Positions 60,017-64,000 of a stretch of DNA of 64,000 bases are shown here, piece after piece (position 1 is the stretch's first letter; the number at the start of each line of letters is the position of its first letter). The position numbers were made by a program, and so were the translations under genes. Source of the stretch: Thermoanaerobaculia bacterium. Lineage in GTDB: Bacteria > Acidobacteriota > Thermoanaerobaculia > Multivoradales > UBA5704. The stretch covers positions 137,851 through 201,850 of the forward strand of contig JBGAGQ010000004.1 of NCBI GenBank assembly GCA_044226625.1. Direction: 5' to 3'. The notes under the pieces are model-generated. The model had not been told where the DNA came from and did not search any database. It worked only from the letters and a program-made list of their open reading frames with translations.

Positions 60017-61225
60017 GTGGCAGCCAAGAAGAATCTTCCCGTGCGCTCCTGGCAATCGGGCGACACCGTCCAAGGGTTTGCCCTGCTGACCAAGAAAGAG
60101 GTGCGGCAGGACAAGAACGGCAAGTCGTTCATGGACCTGGAGGTCTCGGACGCCTCGGGTGCGATGCCGGCGAAGATCTGGGCCGACAGCCCGGCGATGC
60201 AGGGGCAGTTCGAGCTGCATCGGTTCATCGCGTTCCGCGGCCAGGTGAAGAACTACAAGGACCAGCTCCAGATCACGATCGACGAATGCCGCGAAGCGAC
60301 CGACGAGGATCGCAAGCACGGGTTCGACGAATCGCTGCTCGTGCCGTCCACGCGCGAGGACATCGACGACCTCTGGCGGCGTCTAACTTTTCTGGTGACC
60401 GAGCAGGTGGAGCGCCCGATCCTGCGCCGCCTGGGGAGCGAGACCCTGGCGCACCACGGCACCTCTCTCCGGGAGCACCCGGCGGCCAAGGGAATGCACC
60501 ACGCCTATCGCGGCGGCCTGCTCGAGCACATGGTCTCGATGGGCGAGCTCGCCGTCGCCGTCGCCGGCCACTTTCGCGAGATCGACCGCGACCTGCTGCT
60601 GATCGGTGTCCTGTTCCACGACCTGGGCAAGCTCTACGAGCTCGGAGCCATGCCGGCGAACGACTACACGCTGGTCGGCCGCCTGATCGGACACGTCGTG
60701 ATCGGCCGCGACCTGCTGCGGGATCGCTGCGCCGCGATCCCCGACTTTCCCGAGGATCTGAAGCTGCACCTGGAGCACCTGGTTCTCTCTCACCAAGGGA
60801 AGAAGGAGTTCGCCTCGCCGGTCGAGCCGATGACGGTCGAAGCGGTCGCCCTCCACTTCATCGACGATCTCGATTCGAAGCTCAACCAGCTGCGCACGGC
60901 GCGCGAGAACCAGCCCGGCATGCCGTTCCTCCGCGGCCTCGGCCGCCATATGTATCTGCCCGGAGCCCCCCAACCGGCGTCGGCCGAGAACGAGGTGACG
61001 CCAGCGGGATCCGCGGCAGGATCCGAAGCTCCCGTCACGTCTCCCGGCTTCGCCGGTCCGTCCGGTACCCCATCGCGAACCGGACCGCATCCCCCTCGGC
61101 GCGAAACACCGACGACCCTCGCGAGCATCGGCTCGATCCTGGCCGCCCACCGATCCGACGGCAAGGCGAGCGAGCCGGCCGACGAAAAGCCCGAGCCCCG
61201 ATCGCTGTTCGATCTCGGCGACTGA
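60017..61225 (+). CDS. OB-fold + HD-domain 3'-5' exoribonuclease, YhaM family
   Basis: N-terminal OB fold; PAA..MHHAY.GGLLEH, HDLGK, GH, SH.G, EA..LH..D.LD. Start 60017 or 59999. Confidence 0.9.
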   Translation: MAAKKNLPVRSWQSGDTVQGFALLTKKEVRQDKNGKSFMDLEVSDASGAMPAKIWADSPAMQGQFELHRFIAFRGQVKNYKDQLQITIDECREATDEDRKHGFDESLLVPSTREDIDDLWRRLTFLVTEQVERPILRRLGSETLAHHGTSLREHPAAKGMHHAYRGGLLEHMVSMGELAVAVAGHFREIDRDLLLIGVLFHDLGKLYELGAMPANDYTLVGRLIGHVVIGRDLLRDRCAAIPDFPEDLKLHLEHLVLSHQGKKEFASPVEPMTVEAVALHFIDDLDSKLNQLRTARENQPGMPFLRGLGRHMYLPGAPQPASAENEVTPAGSAAGSEAPVTSPGFAGPSGTPSRTGPHPPRRETPTTLASIGSILAAHRSDGKASEPADEKPEPRSLFDLGD

Positions 61226-61273
61226 TCGACGCCCCCCAGCTCCCCCTGCGGCCAGCCGCGATCCACCCGAGAA

Positions 61274-61335
61274 GGCGTAAGTCCGGCGCAAATTTCTCTT
61301 GACAACGGGAAGAATTAGGCGTAAACAGAGCGTAT
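61274..61335 (+). promoter_or_regulatory. Sigma70 promoter with two pairs of 11-bp-spaced GGCGYAA-like repeats
   Basis: TTGACA 61299, 17-bp spacer, TAAACA 61322; repeats at 61274/61285 and 61318/61329. Confidence 0.6.
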
Positions 61336-62287
61336 GTCGGCGCAAGCGCTCCTTCCGATCTTCCCCGCCTATCGCCCCCTGGGCCGTCCGGACCCCGATG
61401 CCGAAGCCGTTCGCAGCCGCGCGGGCGTCGAATACTTCCAGCTCCCGATCCGCGAGATCCTCAACCGCTGCACGGCCGAGCGGATGCCGTTCACCTGGAC
61501 GGTCAACCCCTACCGGGGATGCGAGTTCGGCTGCACCTACTGCTACGCGCGCTACACCCACGACTTCTTCGATCTCGGACGCTGGGAAGATTTCGAGCGG
61601 AAGATCTTCGTCAAGGAGGGAGCCGCCGAGTCGCTGCTCAAGAAGCTCAAGAGAGCGGCGCTCGCGGGGCAGCCGATCGCGATCGGAACCGCGACCGACC
61701 CCTATCAACCTGCCGAGCGGCACCACCGCGTCACCCGCTCCCTGCTCGAGATCTTCACCCGGGTCGAGGGGCTCAATCTCTCGATCACGACGAAGTCGCC
61801 GCTCGTCCTGCGCGACCTCGATCTGCTCACCGAGCTCGACGCCCGACATTCGATCTCGGTCCATTGCACGATCACCACCGTCGATTCGAAGCTCGCCCGG
61901 CGGATGGAGCCGTACGCCCCCGATCCGCGAGCGCGCCTGCGGACCGTCAAACGCCTAGCCGCCGCAGGCATCCAGACCGAGGTGTTCTGCATGCCCATCC
62001 TCCCCGGAGTCAACGATTCGGAAGCGGAGCTACGGCCCCTGCTCCTCGCCGCTCGCGACGCGGGGGCGAGCGACGTCCACGGCGCCGCGCTCTATCTGAA
62101 GCCGACCGCCCGCGCGCGGTTCATCCCCTGGATCGAGCAGGAGTTTCCGCAGCTCACGGCCCGCTACCGCCGCCTGTTCGGACGTCGGGACTACCTGGAG
62201 AACGCCGAGCGCGATCGCCTGCTCGCGACCTTCCGCCGACTCAAGCTGGAGTTAGGGTTTCCGAACGCCGTACCCGGCCGGGGCTGA
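61334..62287 (+). CDS. Radical SAM protein, Rv2578c/SplB-like
   Basis: NPYRGCEFGCTYCYAR (CxxxCxxC); GTATDPYQPAE; TKS...RD.D. Confidence 0.93.
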   Translation: MSAQALLPIFPAYRPLGRPDPDAEAVRSRAGVEYFQLPIREILNRCTAERMPFTWTVNPYRGCEFGCTYCYARYTHDFFDLGRWEDFERKIFVKEGAAESLLKKLKRAALAGQPIAIGTATDPYQPAERHHRVTRSLLEIFTRVEGLNLSITTKSPLVLRDLDLLTELDARHSISVHCTITTVDSKLARRMEPYAPDPRARLRTVKRLAAAGIQTEVFCMPILPGVNDSEAELRPLLLAARDAGASDVHGAALYLKPTARARFIPWIEQEFPQLTARYRRLFGRRDYLENAERDRLLATFRRLKLELGFPNAVPGRG

Positions 62288-63763
62288 GGCGCCGGAGCGG
62301 GAGGGCCGGGAAGAGAACGGGCCGGGAGCCGAGGCCGCGCCCGCGAGCAACGTCACGAGCCGGGCGAGGGCGACGTCCGGATCGCGGCTTTCCCCTTTGA
62401 TCTGAAGCTCCGTGTCGAGCACCTCGGCCGGCAGCCGCGAGGCGAGCTCGATCGGCAAACGGGACGCTGCGAGGTAAGCCTTGTGCAGCCGGAAGGGATG
62501 GAGACCCGCCAGGGGATTCTTCCCTCCGCCCGGAAGCTCGCGTTGCAGCGCCGGAGCCACCTTTTCCTTGAAGCGCGGGTAGTTCGTCTCGCCCGGCGAC
62601 GACCCCGAGAGCCGGAGCATGCCGGCCACGGCGGTGAGCTGTCGGCAATAGGCCGCGAGCAGGCCGAAGAAGGAGAGACGTGCCGCGACCGGCTCCTCCG
62701 CCGCCGCGAGCAGCCGCGACAGCCGGTCGAGAGCCTCTCCGGCCCGACCTCCGCCGATCGCGTCGAGTATCTGCCAGACGTCCTCCTCGCCGCGGTCTTC
62801 GGTGTTCTCCTCGACCATCTTGCGGTCGATTCGGCCCCCTGGCCCCGCGAGGTTTGCGAGCTTGCGGAATTCGCCGGCGAGGCGCGAGGACGACTCGGCC
62901 TCGGCCACGCCCCCCTCCTTCCGCCGCTCTCCCTGGCGCAAGGTCCGGCGCGCCAGCTCGGCCATAGCGTCACCCGAGATGCCGACCCCCGTCTGACGCG
63001 AAAGCTCCGCCGCGAGCGTGTCGAGCCCTTGCCAGCTCCCGCGATCGGACTCGATCTCGGCCAGCCGGACCACGGCGTTCCGCTCTTCGAGCGCGTCGAC
63101 GATCGGATGGCCTTCCGCCACGGCGCGCTCGGCGAGAACCAGGCAATGCCCCGCCGGTAAGCCCGCTCGGACCACCTCGGACAGGATCGCCGCGCTCCCC
63201 TCCGCCCAACCTTGCAGGTCCTCTCGGCGCGCCGCTTCGAGGAGCGCGGCCAGGCCGGCCAGAAGCTCCTCGTTCCCCTTCTTCCCTTTCCGCCGGCCGC
63301 TCGCCCCCTCGAGGGTCCAGTCGGGCAGCTCGGCCACCCGGTCCGCGGCGTTTCCCGAATACGGGTCGATCTCGAACAGGCGCAGCGCCTGGAGCAGACG
63401 CGCCGCCCCGAGCCGCTCTTTCCCAGACAGGGGTCGCTCTCCCCCGCCGGAGATCGGCAGGACCTCGCGAACGTCGTCGATCAGGGCCGCCGCGACCGAT
63501 CGATCGGCGAGCAGCGCCGTATCGATCACCAGCGCGACCTTCCCCGCGGAAAAGAGGGAGTAAGTCCTCAGATCCGCGAGGATCGCATCGACTCCTGGGG
63601 GGTGGCGGTGGGTTTCGACGGCACAACCGGTTCGTTCGGCGATCCGGTCGGCGATCCTTTGGGCGCCGGCTTCGGCGAGGGTGAGATCGCCGATCACCAA
63701 GGCCACGGCGGGAGGCGCCGCGGCCTCTAGATTCGCGAGCAGTCGATCGACGGTGATGGGCAT
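62252..63763 (-). CDS. holA: DNA polymerase III delta subunit-like protein (elongated)
   Basis: DLRTYSLF..K, E..KL, VWQILDA and C-terminal helical collar (HPFRL.K, D.ELQIKG); 503 aa. Confidence 0.65.
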   Translation of the reverse strand: MPITVDRLLANLEAAAPPAVALVIGDLTLAEAGAQRIADRIAERTGCAVETHRHPPGVDAILADLRTYSLFSAGKVALVIDTALLADRSVAAALIDDVREVLPISGGGERPLSGKERLGAARLLQALRLFEIDPYSGNAADRVAELPDWTLEGASGRRKGKKGNEELLAGLAALLEAARREDLQGWAEGSAAILSEVVRAGLPAGHCLVLAERAVAEGHPIVDALEERNAVVRLAEIESDRGSWQGLDTLAAELSRQTGVGISGDAMAELARRTLRQGERRKEGGVAEAESSSRLAGEFRKLANLAGPGGRIDRKMVEENTEDRGEEDVWQILDAIGGGRAGEALDRLSRLLAAAEEPVAARLSFFGLLAAYCRQLTAVAGMLRLSGSSPGETNYPRFKEKVAPALQRELPGGGKNPLAGLHPFRLHKAYLAASRLPIELASRLPAEVLDTELQIKGESRDPDVALARLVTLLAGAASAPGPFSSRPSRSGASAPAGYGVRKP

Positions 63764-63815
63764 CCGGCGGGGAGGCCGGACGGATCACCGTCCGGCGAAT
63801 CGATCCGTGGTCCGA

Positions 63816-64000
63816 TCAGTCGGAGTCGCCGAGCAGGCCCTTTTCCGCCAGCTCTTGGCAGTCGATGCAGTAGCGCGCCCACGGAACCGCCTCGAGGCGC
63901 GGGAGCGCGATGGGGTTGCCGCAGCTCGAGCAACGACCGTAGGTCCCCTCGTCGACGCGCCGCAGCGCTTCCTCGATTTGGAGCAACAGGACGCGCTCGG
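63816..64000 (-). CDS. TraR/DksA C4 zinc-finger protein (3' part; runs off window end)
   Basis: Not in the ORF track. Manual translation gives ...IEEALRRVDEGTYGRCSSCGNPIALPRLEAVPWARYCIDCQELAEKG...*. Confidence 0.93.
   Translation of the reverse strand, partial: ERVLLLQIEEALRRVDEGTYGRCSSCGNPIALPRLEAVPWARYCIDCQELAEKGLLGDSD

Noticed and set aside
56878-62287. Radical SAM at 61334 as maturase of the Cys-rich peptide
   Set aside because: It is Rv2578c/SplB-like with no SPASM or RRE domain, and it is separated from the peptide by unrelated genes.

Overview
High-GC bacterial chromosomal segment, densely coding, with about 60 genes. Marker genes (GWxTD and VWA proteins, an IPTL-CTERM protein, a KLxLxRETL-leader peptide) suggest Acidobacteriota, possibly Thermoanaerobaculia; this is inference, not a database result. 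Recognisable genes include ada (partial), gap, ppdK, fabH, folE, fadJ, xseAB, a holA-like gene, dksA/traR (partial), an ABC exporter, several peptidases and an orphan NRPS accessory trio (MbtH, type II thioesterase, PPTase). I found no rRNA, tRNA, CRISPR array, transposase or integrase. The most notable observations are: (1) an unannotated ribosome-dependent attenuator with a Phe/Trp/Tyr-rich leader peptide in front of a prephenate dehydratase-DAHP synthase fusion; (2) a catalytically dead GAPDH paralog directly upstream of a normal gap; (3) an OmpR-type two-component system with an intramembrane-type kinase, divergent from a fatty acid desaturase whose promoter has three TGAC(A/C) repeats 11 bp apart; (4) a 13 x 20-bp palindromic tandem array; (5) a SprT-like protease with a beta-clamp-binding-like QMSLF motif; (6) an orphan Cys-rich double-glycine RiPP-like precursor. 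Start codons were adjusted by eye from RBS or -10 context and all products are motif-based calls.
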